A stretch of DNA of 64,000 nucleotides from Candidatus Omnitrophota bacterium (GCA_029564765.1 JAKQPK010000023.1:11479-75478); one strand, 5' to 3'; positions 37,530-47,465 are shown, numbered from the stretch's first letter. Numbers and translations are program-made. The notes: generated from the letters alone by a model not told the origin.

Positions 37530-37886
37530 TTATTTTATCTGATTTGATATCACGAACTTACGGATATTTTGCTGCTGGTCATCGCCCTGGGTCGCGAACT
37601 CGATACCGAGCTGATAGCGGTCAGATGAGGGAACTCGGTGCGACCAAGCGACATGCCCTTTCATAGAGAACACCTGAGATCCTTGGGTCAAGCGGAATTC
37701 AAACGCCATAGGCGTATAAGGCCTCACAAAATTTTCAAAATTGATCCGTAAACCACCCTCACTAATATCCTTTGCCAAGCACCCTCCGCTTTCTGGAGAT
37801 CCAGAGAAGTGAAATGATATAGGCTCTCGAAAGTCTATTCTTGGGTATTTACGTCTTTCGCTATTATTGCTCTCTGAAGAAAACAT
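37530..37886 (-). CDS. PilZ domain protein (c-di-GMP receptor-like)
   Basis: 118 aa; RRKYPRID (RxxxR) and DISEGGLRI (DxSxxG) motifs. Confidence 0.6.
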   Translation of the reverse strand: MFSSESNNSERRKYPRIDFREPISFHFSGSPESGGCLAKDISEGGLRINFENFVRPYTPMAFEFRLTQGSQVFSMKGHVAWSHRVPSSDRYQLGIEFATQGDDQQQNIRKFVISNQIK

Positions 37887-38013
37887 GCCACTTTCCCTTG
37901 TTAAAAGGTCCCGTGGCTAATAAAAGTATAACATAATTTATTTTACTGACAACGACTTTTATTCTCTTTTTAATGCCTTTACCAAAGATACACCTCATGT
38001 TATAATTTGCACC

Positions 38014-38814
38014 ATGTATAAAGAATTTTACGGGCTTAAAGAAAACCCGTTCAATGTCACTTCTGATCCATCTTTTTTCTTTTCCAGCACGTATCACGCC
38101 GAGGCATTCTCTCATTTGGTCTATGGGATCCAACAGCGCAAGGGTATCATCTTGATCACAGGTGAGATCGGAACAGGAAAAACTACACTTTGTCGGGCAC
38201 TCCTAAACCGCCTTGACCAGCAAACGAGGACAGCGTTCATCCTCTACCCCAATTTCTCTGAAGTCCAGCTCTTGCAGATGGTTATAAAAGATTTCGGGAT
38301 CCAAACAAGCTCCAGCAATAAAGCGGCTATCATCAACGCCTTAAATGAATTTTTACTAGGGGAAACGAACAAAGGCCACAATGTTGTTTTGATCATTGAT
38401 GAGGCTCAAAACCTTAAAGCCAGCCAGCTTGAACAGATCCGCCTTTTATCGAACCTTGAGACCGAAAAAGAAAAACTTCTTCAAATCATCCTTGTTGGAC
38501 AACCAGAATTATGTGAAAAACTAAGGCTTCCCTCCTTGCGGCAGCTGAACCAGCGCATCACCATTCGCAACCATATCAAACCTTTAGAAAAAAAAGAGCT
38601 CAAAGGCTACATCCAGCACCGCCTTCACATCGCCGGCGCGCAAAAGGACGTATTGTTCACGGATGAAGCCTTAGAGGAGATCTTTCTTTGCTCCATGGGT
38701 ACTCCCCGGCTAATTAACATTATCTGTGATCGGGCACTTTTGGCAGGGTTTGTCGCTGAGACATGGACGATCGACTACAATATCATCAAGAAATGTATTG
38801 AGGAAATCACCTAG
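38014..38814 (+). CDS. ExeA/GspA/MshM-like AAA ATPase
   Basis: 266 aa; FYGLKENPF N-terminus, Walker A GEIGTGKTT, Walker B VLIIDEAQNL, LQIILVGQPEL - the ExeA-family (PF13401-type) pattern. Confidence 0.7.
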   Translation: MYKEFYGLKENPFNVTSDPSFFFSSTYHAEAFSHLVYGIQQRKGIILITGEIGTGKTTLCRALLNRLDQQTRTAFILYPNFSEVQLLQMVIKDFGIQTSSSNKAAIINALNEFLLGETNKGHNVVLIIDEAQNLKASQLEQIRLLSNLETEKEKLLQIILVGQPELCEKLRLPSLRQLNQRITIRNHIKPLEKKELKGYIQHRLHIAGAQKDVLFTDEALEEIFLCSMGTPRLINIICDRALLAGFVAETWTIDYNIIKKCIEEIT

Positions 38815-38815
38815 T

Positions 38816-39322
38816 ATGAGCATTATTAATGATGCTTTAAAAAAAACACAGCAAAATTTTGAACATCGAAAAAGAGTCTTAGTTCCAGGAAGCGGCACTG
38901 AGAAAACAACAGGAAAGTTCTCTGAGATCACAGGCGCGATCATCATCGCAAGCTTCATGGCCTCTTTGCTGGTCTTTACTCTTGCTTTCTTTTTTGCCCC
39001 CAAGGAAAAAAAGGTCATTCTTCCAGCTACCCCAGAAGACAAGGACATAACAACCGCTTCATTCACGCCTCCAACATCCTCTGTTGGTCCTCTTTCCGTA
39101 CCAAAGATCATAGCTAAAGATCCAGACCCCAAGAACCAAGTCGCTGGCTTAACGCTTAACGGGATCGTACAAATGGGTGAAGGCTATGTTGCTTTGATCA
39201 ACAACCGCATCCTCAAGGAAGGCGATAGGATCGACAATAAAAAGATCTTGGGGATCTATAGCGATCACGTGAAAGTTTTTTATGATGGAGATGTTGTGAT
39301 CCTGAGGCGGGAAAAATTCTAG
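38816..39322 (+). CDS. membrane-anchored GspB/GspC/PilP-like protein
   Basis: 168 aa from MSIINDALKK (ATGA-type coupling with the ExeA-like stop). One TM helix. C-terminal beta-rich segment (LTLNGIVQMGEGYVALINNRILKEGDRI...VKVFYDGDVVIL) resembles the GspC HR / PilP domain. Confidence 0.4.
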   Translation: MSIINDALKKTQQNFEHRKRVLVPGSGTEKTTGKFSEITGAIIIASFMASLLVFTLAFFFAPKEKKVILPATPEDKDITTASFTPPTSSVGPLSVPKIIAKDPDPKNQVAGLTLNGIVQMGEGYVALINNRILKEGDRIDNKKILGIYSDHVKVFYDGDVVILRREKF

Positions 39323-40407
39323 GCGCTTACCTGACGGATCGCGCGTTCAATAAGAGCGCAAGGGATCCCCTCGCGCACCGTGGCCCTGCCCAATCCCTGC
39401 AGCAGAACAAATCGGTTCTTTTTTGAGATATTCTTTTTATCATGTGCCGCGGCGTTCATGATAGCGCGCGCGCTGACACCTTTTATGACCGATGGTAATC
39501 CAGCGGCTGTCAAAAGTCGTTCAAGCTGTTGGTGGTCGCTTTCTGAAAGTAATCCTCTTTGCACCGATAAATAAGCCGCCATGCGCATACCTAAAGCGAC
39601 CGCTTCACCGTGCTGATAGCGTCCGTATCGACAAGCCGTCTCAATACCATGCCCTAGGGTATGGCCGAAATTCAATATCGTTCGCACGCCAAGGACTTCT
39701 CTCTCATCTTTAACGACAATACGTGCTTTGATCGCGCTGCAACGCGCCACGACGTATTCCAAGGCCTGCGCATCACGCGATAAGATCCTAAAAAGATTTT
39801 TCTCGATGAACCGCAACAAAGAACAATCACAGATCGCGCCATACTTGATCGCCTCTGCCAAACCATTGCGCAACTGGCGATCGCTCAATGACCCTAAGGT
39901 CATAATATCGCTGAGCACAAAACGTGGCTGATAGAACGCGCCGACCAGATTCTTGCCGGCAGGCAGATCGATAGCTGTTTTTCCACCGATCGCGGAATCA
40001 ATCTGGGCTAAAAACGTTGTTGGGACCTGGACGAGCGCAACGCCACGCTTGTAGATCGCCGCGACAAAACCAGCAACATCACCGACCACGCCACCGCCCA
40101 AGGCAACAATGAATACCTTGCGCCCGACATCAAATTTGGCGATCTTGGCGATCAGCTCAAACGCTGTCTTTTGGGATTTGCTTTTTTCCGTATCCGCCAC
40201 ATCCAAGAAAGTCGCACTGATACTGCTGGACGCCAATACCCTCTTAAGCCGTGAGCCATAAAGCCCACGCACCACTGGATTACTGATAACGATCGCGTCG
40301 GATCCTATGCGGGCGTCCTTGGCCATGCGTCCCAGCATGGACAAAGCGCCTGAACCGACAACGATCGGATAACTTCTTTCTTTTAAAGCAACGCTGATCT
40401 TTTTCAT
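39319..40407 (-). CDS. aroB: 3-dehydroquinate synthase
   Basis: Start taken at MKKISV; NAD-binding GGGVVGDVAGFVAA, and metal/substrate motifs of DHQS. Confidence 0.85.
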   Translation of the reverse strand: MKKISVALKERSYPIVVGSGALSMLGRMAKDARIGSDAIVISNPVVRGLYGSRLKRVLASSSISATFLDVADTEKSKSQKTAFELIAKIAKFDVGRKVFIVALGGGVVGDVAGFVAAIYKRGVALVQVPTTFLAQIDSAIGGKTAIDLPAGKNLVGAFYQPRFVLSDIMTLGSLSDRQLRNGLAEAIKYGAICDCSLLRFIEKNLFRILSRDAQALEYVVARCSAIKARIVVKDEREVLGVRTILNFGHTLGHGIETACRYGRYQHGEAVALGMRMAAYLSVQRGLLSESDHQQLERLLTAAGLPSVIKGVSARAIMNAAAHDKKNISKKNRFVLLQGLGRATVREGIPCALIERAIRQVSA

Positions 40408-40418
40408 ATGATCACTTT

Positions 40419-41027
40419 CTATGAAACACCAAGTAGGCGCCCTAGCAGGCGCACCACAGGCCAAAGAATATAATCAAGGATGCGAAAATATAATAACAAA
40501 AAAATGATGATCATGCCATACCTCTCTATTTGCGCGTAAGAACGCGCTAAAGAGTAAGGCAGGATCCCCATGACAAAACGTGATCCATCCAACGGCGGGA
40601 TGGGTAGCAAATTAAAAACAGCTAAAACCAAATTGATCACAACGCCCGTTTGTAGAACATAGTTCATGTTGCTAGAAAAAGGAAGGCGCAATAACAAGGC
40701 CGCAACTGCGGCTAAGGCCAGATTAACCAGAGGCCCGGACAGGCCCACCCATATCATGTCTTGCTTGGGATTTCTTAGCGCCATAAAATTAACCGGGACA
40801 GGTTTAGCCCACCCCAAAACGATCGGTGACCTCATAAAAAGAAGAAGAGCCGGCACAACAATAGTCCCGATCGGATCGATGTGCGGCAAGGGATTGAGCG
40901 TTAATCGCCCCGCAAGTTTAGCTGTGGAATCTCCTAAGCGGTATGCAACCCAACCATGCGCACATTCATGCAGGATAACAGAAAAGAATAAGATAAATGG
41001 GATCGCTAATAGGTGATAAATGTCCAT
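40419..41027 (-). CDS. M50 family (site-2 protease-like) membrane metalloprotease
   Basis: 202 aa; HExxH in a TM helix (LHECAHGW) and a downstream LDG motif (PIPPLDGSRF). Confidence 0.7.
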   Translation of the reverse strand: MDIYHLLAIPFILFFSVILHECAHGWVAYRLGDSTAKLAGRLTLNPLPHIDPIGTIVVPALLLFMRSPIVLGWAKPVPVNFMALRNPKQDMIWVGLSGPLVNLALAAVAALLLRLPFSSNMNYVLQTGVVINLVLAVFNLLPIPPLDGSRFVMGILPYSLARSYAQIERYGMIIIFLLLYFRILDYILWPVVRLLGRLLGVS

Positions 41028-41076
41028 GAGGCGATAGCTATTCCCGAACGAGGGCTTACAAGAAATGATCTAAAAA

Positions 41077-41307
41077 CTACTTTGCTTTCGACTCAGCCCC
41101 TGCAGCTGCGGCAGGTGTTTCAGCTTTGGCGGCCTTTGTTTTCTTGGTCTTGATCTTCAGGATCTTGGTCTTGGGCAAACCTGTTACAGATTGATTATCT
41201 TGCCATTTGCCTTTTTTCATCAAGCCCTTAATGCGCTGAATACGCGAAAGAACTGTTTTCTGTTGAGCGCCAGCTGTGTCGATCTTTAATGATGGATGAA
41301 TGGACAT
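41077..41307 (-). CDS. small basic protein with Lys/Ala-rich histone-like tail
   Basis: 76 aa; conserved-looking core (TVLSRIQRIKGLMKKGKW) then KIKTKKTKAAKAETPAAAAGAESKAK. Family not recognised. Confidence 0.35.
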   Translation of the reverse strand: MSIHPSLKIDTAGAQQKTVLSRIQRIKGLMKKGKWQDNQSVTGLPKTKILKIKTKKTKAAKAETPAAAAGAESKAK

Positions 41308-41308
41308 G

Positions 41309-41905
41309 TTATAATCTCCTTACTAAACAATCTTTGTATTTATCTTTGAGCTTCCCTAAAAAAGTTTTAGCGGCCTGAGAATCGACAAAGCGGCCAACAC
41401 AGACAATGATATGCTTGCCCTTAGAAACAACGAATGTTTCATATCCTTTTTTCTCTAAGGCGGCGGCTTCTTTTTCCGCGTACTTCTTAGATACAAACGA
41501 CGCAAGCTGTATCGTATAAAAGTTTTGCGGAGCCTCGACTAGAGCTTGAGGCATTTTGTCTTCAGGAGCACTAGCTGTTTCCCGAACGTCAGCAACGGAA
41601 GCCGCTGGTATCTGAGGCTGGATCGCTTTCCTTTTTTCTACCGGCTGATCAGCTACGACTGGTTGAACTGCGATCTTGCGCGCGACTGCCACAGGCTGAG
41701 CAGAAGCAACACGTTTTCCTTTCTCAACACCGACAGAGAAAGATACGATAATAGCGAGAAAGATAAAAACAGTCAAGACAATAATATTTTCCGCGCTCAA
41801 TGTCACATTCGACAAGATAAAACGCGATACAGCCGATTCGGATGATGATTTTCGATCGGCATTCGAAAACAATTCAAATTGATCTTGTTTATAATTAATA
41901 TCCAT
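41309..41905 (-). CDS. SPOR domain membrane protein (cell-division/peptidoglycan-binding)
   Basis: 198 aa; one TM helix; C-terminal SPOR-like fold pattern (YTIQLASF.....A...A..L...G....VV..G.HIIVCVGRF). Confidence 0.6.
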   Translation of the reverse strand: MDINYKQDQFELFSNADRKSSSESAVSRFILSNVTLSAENIIVLTVFIFLAIIVSFSVGVEKGKRVASAQPVAVARKIAVQPVVADQPVEKRKAIQPQIPAASVADVRETASAPEDKMPQALVEAPQNFYTIQLASFVSKKYAEKEAAALEKKGYETFVVSKGKHIIVCVGRFVDSQAAKTFLGKLKDKYKDCLVRRL

Positions 41906-41920
41906 AAATGTATTATAAGG

Positions 41921-43003
41921 TTATGAGCCTATCATGCTCAAGTATTTTCTAAATTTTGTTTGAGAACACAGCTCACAAAATACCTTAACGACCTTCGGGT
42001 CGAACTGCGTCCCGCTCTTTTTCAGGATCTCTTGCCTCATGCGCGGCAATGAGACTTTTCGCTTGTAAGGCCGCTGGACCATCATAGCTTCTGCGGCATC
42101 AACCACAGCCATCACGCGCGCACCCAAAGGGATCTCCTCCGCGCAAAGCCCCGATGGATAACCTTTGCCATCGTAACGTTCATGATGATACAAAATAATC
42201 GGAAGGACAGGCTTTAAGAACGCAACAGGCTTGATCAATTCAACACTTTTCTCAGGATGCCGACGGATCTCTCTGAATTCAGCAGGTGTCAATCGCCCTT
42301 GCTTGCGTAAAATATGATGCGGAATGTCAATGGAGCCAGCATCATGCAAGATGCTCGCATATTCTAGGGCCGCAATATCTTTTTCGTTCATTCCCATTTC
42401 TTGAGCCAGAGATTGCACGATCTTGTAATATGCCGGCGCGTGCTGACAAAATTCTTTCACGCCTTGCTTCGCGAAAAACTTTCCCATAGATCGAATACTA
42501 TCAAGAATGACCTTCTGCTGGAGCTCTTGCAATTGCAAATTACGCACAGCGATAACGACCTCTTCCGCAAGAACAGTTAACACTTCCCTGTCAAAATCCT
42601 CGAATGGTTTCTGTGCCGGCTTACGCCTCATAAAAATGGCACCGATGTTCTCCTCGCTGACAAGAGGTAGGCCGATAAATCTCTCGCGAATAATGGTCGC
42701 GCCCTTGACCACGCTGCGCTCGTCCTTGGTTGCCTTGGCCAGATCGGCTTTGCGCTCATAAAGAATATTGATCTTGCCGTTAAAAACAGCGATCAACTTT
42801 AAATGTTTTCCCCTGTCATCTAAGACGTGAACACACGACGAACTAGCGCCCACCAGCTGGCAGATAATGCGCGTGAGACGGATCAAAAGCTCCTTGGTGC
42901 TATATGTGGAGTTGACCAAGCGGTAGACCATGTGGACCGCAGCGATGACACGCTTGTATTTTTCTTTTGAAGAAATATTATATTTGATTCTATGAGGGCT
43001 CAT
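41921..43003 (-). CDS. GAF domain-containing HD-GYP phosphodiesterase
   Basis: 360 aa; HD (ILHDAG), YHHERYDGKGYP (GYP) motif. Predicted c-di-GMP hydrolase. Confidence 0.7.
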   Translation of the reverse strand: MSPHRIKYNISSKEKYKRVIAAVHMVYRLVNSTYSTKELLIRLTRIICQLVGASSSCVHVLDDRGKHLKLIAVFNGKINILYERKADLAKATKDERSVVKGATIIRERFIGLPLVSEENIGAIFMRRKPAQKPFEDFDREVLTVLAEEVVIAVRNLQLQELQQKVILDSIRSMGKFFAKQGVKEFCQHAPAYYKIVQSLAQEMGMNEKDIAALEYASILHDAGSIDIPHHILRKQGRLTPAEFREIRRHPEKSVELIKPVAFLKPVLPIILYHHERYDGKGYPSGLCAEEIPLGARVMAVVDAAEAMMVQRPYKRKVSLPRMRQEILKKSGTQFDPKVVKVFCELCSQTKFRKYLSMIGS

Positions 43004-43008
43004 AAGTT

Positions 43009-44214
43009 TTACGAAAGTTTTTGATATTCTTCCAAAGCCACACGATCCGTCATGTCAGCGATGAAATCACAGATAATCTCTTTTTCTGTTTCTTTAGAAT
43101 ATTTTTTATCTGGATCATAAATGTCATACGGGAGCTGACGAGGGTTGCTACTGTAGATATCGAACAGCCGGTGGATCACACGCTTGGCCTTTGTGGTCAT
43201 GCGCTCAACCAGGTAGTGATGATACAGCTTTTTATTTAGGATCTGCTGGAGTTCATCGCGCTCCTGCGCCATCACAGCGCTGAACTTTATCGAGAAATCG
43301 CTGGTCTTTTTAACATCATTAACGGAACCGAAATGATGCTGCGTGATCTCCTTATCAGAAGTCTCAAGAAGGTCCTTAACTTGAATATCGATCAAGGTCT
43401 TGACGATCAAATTCCGCTCTAAGGCTTCATTGCCAATCGGTGTCGACGGCTGAAGGCCAGCGATCGTCCTTGACCATAAGGCGCTCGCGCTAAGATCCTC
43501 TTTACGAATATATCCGGAAGCCAACCCATCATCAATATCATGATTGAGATATGCTAGCTCATCGGCAACGTTGACGATCTGCGCTTCCAAGGTCGGGAAT
43601 TCATTGAGCGACTGATCGCCTAGTGATGGTGCGTCATAGGTCGTTTTATGCTTGAGAATGCCAACAAGCACTTCCCGTGTTAGATTCAACCCATCAAAGG
43701 CCGGATAGCGTTTTTCCTTAGTAACGATCTCAAAGCTTCTCTTGTTATGATTAAACCCCTTGCTTGTTTTGGCCTGAGAGATAAAACGCAAGAATTCATC
43801 AATCTTATTCCCACTCATGATCTCATCCAGCGCCTTTTCTCCAGCGTGTCCAAAAGGAGGATGGCCAAGATCATGCGCTAAGGCGATCGCCTCGATCAGG
43901 TCCTCATTGAGCATCAAGCTGCGGCCGATCGTGCGAGCGATCTGAGCCACCTCGATCGTATGCGTAAGTCGTGTACGATAATAGTCCCCTTCGAAGATCG
44001 GGAAAACTTGAGTTTTGTATTCGAGGTTACGAAAAGCGCGCAAATGAACGATGCGGTCACGGTCCCTCTGGTAGCATGTGCGGGTCGGATGGCCCGGCTC
44101 TGCAAAAAAACGGCCAGCCGAATCCTTGCTGTGCATCGCATAAGGGGCTAAAACAACATCCTCAAGCTTTTCGATTTCTTCTCTGGTCCTCACGACATAG
44201 CTCCTTAAAGACAA
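43009..44214 (-). CDS. dgt: dGTP triphosphohydrolase-like protein (canonical paralog)
   Basis: 401 aa; RDRDRIVHLRAFRNLEYKTQVF, THTIEVAQI, AHDLGHPPFGHAGE motifs of the Dgt subfamily. GC content like the core genes. Confidence 0.8.
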   Translation of the reverse strand: MSLRSYVVRTREEIEKLEDVVLAPYAMHSKDSAGRFFAEPGHPTRTCYQRDRDRIVHLRAFRNLEYKTQVFPIFEGDYYRTRLTHTIEVAQIARTIGRSLMLNEDLIEAIALAHDLGHPPFGHAGEKALDEIMSGNKIDEFLRFISQAKTSKGFNHNKRSFEIVTKEKRYPAFDGLNLTREVLVGILKHKTTYDAPSLGDQSLNEFPTLEAQIVNVADELAYLNHDIDDGLASGYIRKEDLSASALWSRTIAGLQPSTPIGNEALERNLIVKTLIDIQVKDLLETSDKEITQHHFGSVNDVKKTSDFSIKFSAVMAQERDELQQILNKKLYHHYLVERMTTKAKRVIHRLFDIYSSNPRQLPYDIYDPDKKYSKETEKEIICDFIADMTDRVALEEYQKLS

Positions 44215-44668
44215 CGGTCATTGATTGCGAAATAACCTTAGTGCCCGCAGTGACGGGCATAAAATTAACATCCCCTTTCCACCGAGGAACAATGTGAATG
44301 TGAAAATGGTTCGGAAATCCTGCTCCAGCTAAACGACCAACATTGATCCCAATATTATACCCTTGGGGCTTTAAAACCTTATCCAAAAGAGCCTGAGCGT
44401 ATTCTAGCGTGTCTAAAAGATCTTGCTTTTCAAATTTCGTAAGTTTTCTTAATTCTCCAACATGGCGGTACGGGATCACCATCGCATGTCCATTGTTGTA
44501 TGGAAAAATATTTAAGACAGCGAAGCAATGTTGGCTGCGCTTGAAGATAAGGTTCTTCTTATCCTTTTGTTCAGAGTGGATACGACAAAAAACGCATCCC
44601 TTCTTTTTTTGATCGATCGCCGTGACATACGCGCTGCGCCATGGAGCCCAAAGACGTTTATTGTTCAT
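44162..44668 (-). CDS. HIT family (histidine triad) protein, GalT/Ap4A-phosphorylase-like
   Basis: 168 aa; N-terminal WAPWR.Y motif and histidine triad FHIHIVPR. Confidence 0.7.
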   Translation of the reverse strand: MNNKRLWAPWRSAYVTAIDQKKKGCVFCRIHSEQKDKKNLIFKRSQHCFAVLNIFPYNNGHAMVIPYRHVGELRKLTKFEKQDLLDTLEYAQALLDKVLKPQGYNIGINVGRLAGAGFPNHFHIHIVPRWKGDVNFMPVTAGTKVISQSMTVVFKELCREDQRRNRKA

Positions 44669-45140
44669 CGATCCTCACGATCGTGGCTGTGATCTTATCG
44701 GTAATATCCAAAATGCCGTATGAGCGGTACGGCGCAAACACCGTATCGGTAATGCTCCCAGGATTAAAAAAAAGAACGCTCCCGATCTTTTCATTAAAAG
44801 GATGATGCGAATGGCCAAAAACAACAGCATCAACCTTCTGGTCCTTGAATTCTTTTTGAACACAAGCTAACAAACGGTCCGGATGCCCTTCTCCGTGGAA
44901 AACTCCGATCGTGAAAGCTCCACAACGGATCAACTGCGTACGCGCAAGCTGTCCACGAAGCTTCCCATCATCCATATTACCATGCACAGCTTTGATCTCG
45001 TTAATTTTCTGGAGCTGGCGCAAAGATTCTTCGCAGCAGATATCACCGGCATGGATAATAAAATCCATCTTCTTAAGGTCCGCGACCGCAGAAGTAGGGA
45101 TCGGACGTGAATGCGTGTCTGAAATAACCCCGATCCTCAT
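44658..45140 (-). CDS. YfcE/MJ0936-family metallophosphoesterase
   Basis: 160 aa; MRIGVISDTH, GDI, GNMD, GHSH metal-ligand motifs. Confidence 0.75.
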   Translation of the reverse strand: MRIGVISDTHSRPIPTSAVADLKKMDFIIHAGDICCEESLRQLQKINEIKAVHGNMDDGKLRGQLARTQLIRCGAFTIGVFHGEGHPDRLLACVQKEFKDQKVDAVVFGHSHHPFNEKIGSVLFFNPGSITDTVFAPYRSYGILDITDKITATIVRIDEQ

Positions 45141-46768
45141 AGCGCGATGTATGGTTTATTGTACATGTTCAACAAGAAATTAAGCTCCTTTTCATCCCAG
45201 ATCCACATGCGTTCCTGAAGCGCTCGCAAACGTAAAGGATTCCCGAGATCCCTTAAAGAGATAATGACCTGTTTACGCGGCTTCCCCTCGACCTTTTTGA
45301 TCTCATCAAGCAAGGCGTTCATATCGTTCTCCGACAGGTCTTTGTCATGCAGCATCACGATCCATGGCCCATCAGGAGCATAGGCCTTGATGACATCCAT
45401 TTCTGCTGTCGGCGACATGGCCATCCTTGTCGATTTAAACTTCTCAAAAGACGACAGACGATAGCGACGGCCATGCACATGGAACGTTTCGTCATTAAAA
45501 CAGCTGAGCAGCTCGATCACGCGCACTGAGAGATCCTTTTGTGATGCCAAATGAAAGGCATTAACGTTATGCGCAAATTCTTCACGGAACAAGATCCTCT
45601 CTTGCTGGGGATCAAAGCCGACAAAATTTAAGCGACGCTTGAGGATGTACTTGATCCAATAACGGAACAATTTGTCTTTTAAATAATAAAATCTTCCGCT
45701 GCGCTCAACGAGCCCTAACTCGATCAGATGTGACAACTTTTGCTTGATGATAATCTTTTTTCTGCGTTCGTGAACGCAAACGATCTCATCAAGGCTGTTC
45801 TTTTGCTCTGCCAAGGCGATCAACAAGCGCAGCGTTGCTTCATCGTCTTTCGGCCAGGACAAGCTTTCGACTAGGATCTCAAAATGACGGCTCAAGACAC
45901 CCCAGCGGTTAAAGATCGTGTTCTCTACAGCGTAGGACAAAAACGGCAAAAAGATCTCGGCTTGGCGGTGAAGCTGGCACAACTGGTTTAGCTGAGAGAT
46001 CAAAATGTTAAGGTACAGCGGATGCCCACCGGTAAAATCAACTAAGAAATTTTTTAGCTGATCTTTGATCTGAAAATCCTTTAAATGACTCTCCATAAAC
46101 TCCTTGCTGGTCTTCATGGAGAATGGTTCAACGTCGACGATCTCAAAATGACCAAACAAAAGCGACAATTTTTCAGTGAGGATCTTGCGCGCAACTTCCT
46201 GTAAGGAGCTTGCCATGAAATAAAGGCATCGTTTTTGGGTCATGATCCTCTTGCCAAGCTCCTGAAAAGCTTCATCAATATCCAAATGATCCAAATAATG
46301 GAATTCATCAAAAAGAATAACGCAGAACTTGCTCGTTTCAAGCGTGAAGATCTCCGGCAGCGACACCAAATGCTCATAAGCCTCAACAAAACGTTTTTTC
46401 TCGCTGAGAGCCTGGACCTGCTTGATGGCGGCAAAGGTTTGGGGCAGGCGATGTTGCGTGGTCTCTAACAATAAAGCTAGGTCATGATGCAGCGCAAGGT
46501 TCTCGCTTTTCGCGAAATTGTACAGAAGGCTTGTTATAAAATTGGTAGCCAGATACGGAAAATCTTTTCCCTTGAAATTAACATAAACAACGATCAAATC
46601 CTTGTCATCAAGATCGTGAATAAATTTCTGAAGCAAGGACGTCTTGCCGATATGCTCCGGGCCGATGAAGGCAACGTTCTGACGATAGCCGTCCTTGAGG
46701 TCCAAGACGCGTTTTTTTAGAAGGCCTAAGACTTCCTGTCGCCCAAAAAAATTCTTATCAATATCCAT
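45137..46768 (-). CDS. ATP-binding protein, archaeal-ATPase (PF01637)-like with C-terminal extension
   Basis: 543 aa; FFGRQEVLGLL...VAFIGPEHIGKTSLL (Walker A), Walker B-like ILFDEF. Remainder unassigned (DUF234-like region possible). Confidence 0.5.
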   Translation of the reverse strand: MDIDKNFFGRQEVLGLLKKRVLDLKDGYRQNVAFIGPEHIGKTSLLQKFIHDLDDKDLIVVYVNFKGKDFPYLATNFITSLLYNFAKSENLALHHDLALLLETTQHRLPQTFAAIKQVQALSEKKRFVEAYEHLVSLPEIFTLETSKFCVILFDEFHYLDHLDIDEAFQELGKRIMTQKRCLYFMASSLQEVARKILTEKLSLLFGHFEIVDVEPFSMKTSKEFMESHLKDFQIKDQLKNFLVDFTGGHPLYLNILISQLNQLCQLHRQAEIFLPFLSYAVENTIFNRWGVLSRHFEILVESLSWPKDDEATLRLLIALAEQKNSLDEIVCVHERRKKIIIKQKLSHLIELGLVERSGRFYYLKDKLFRYWIKYILKRRLNFVGFDPQQERILFREEFAHNVNAFHLASQKDLSVRVIELLSCFNDETFHVHGRRYRLSSFEKFKSTRMAMSPTAEMDVIKAYAPDGPWIVMLHDKDLSENDMNALLDEIKKVEGKPRKQVIISLRDLGNPLRLRALQERMWIWDEKELNFLLNMYNKPYIAL

Positions 46769-46780
46769 ACCCTTGACCTT

Positions 46781-47437
46781 TTATGGCAAAAAATACAATG
46801 GATTCTTCGCTATAGAATCCTTTCGGATCTCAAAATGTAAGGACGCCAAACTGCTATGGCCCGAAGCAAGCGCTATAGCTGTCTGTGACGTCACATGTTC
46901 ACCAACGGAAACCAACAGTTTGGCGTTATCCGCATAAACGGTTTGATAACCATCTCCGTGACTAACGATCAGTGTCGGGCCATACCCGATCAAATGGTCC
47001 GCGAAAACAACCTCCCCTCCTCTGGAAGGGAACACCTGCTGATCAGGCTCAGACTTGATATCGATCCCATTGTTCACGCCAAATCTTGATTTTGGATCCC
47101 CAAAAAAAGAGACGACCTTCCCGCGGATCGGCCATTTAAAATCATCGTCACTAAAAGCTTCTTCACGAGAAACGACGGATCTTTCAGTAGTTGCCTGGGG
47201 AATAAAGATGAGCTGATTCTGCTGAATATGCGCGGCATCTGGAATGCTATTGGCTCTTACTATCTCCTCGACGCTAATGCCATACGCCTGGGAGATACGC
47301 CATAAGGTTTCTTTCGGCTTGACCTTATGATAAATGCCCGCTGGCCGCTTAAACGCCTCAGTGCGCATAGCTTCATGAGGCGTTGCGCAACCAGAAAGTA
47401 TAAAACTTGCTACAACGATCCCAGCAAGAAAAGATCT
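46781..47437 (-). CDS. LysM domain-containing M23 family peptidase (NlpD-like lipoprotein)
   Basis: Start taken at MRSFLAG so the CDS does not run through the tRNA. Lipobox LSGC, LysM (YHKVKPKETLWRISQAYGISVEEIVRAN), and M23 motifs (GIDIK, HLHFEI). Confidence 0.7.
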   Translation of the reverse strand, partial: RSFLAGIVVASFILSGCATPHEAMRTEAFKRPAGIYHKVKPKETLWRISQAYGISVEEIVRANSIPDAAHIQQNQLIFIPQATTERSVVSREEAFSDDDFKWPIRGKVVSFFGDPKSRFGVNNGIDIKSEPDQQVFPSRGGEVVFADHLIGYGPTLIVSHGDGYQTVYADNAKLLVSVGEHVTSQTAIALASGHSSLASLHFEIRKDSIAKNPLYFLP

Positions 47438-47465
47438 CATTATTATGACCATAGTAATAAATACG

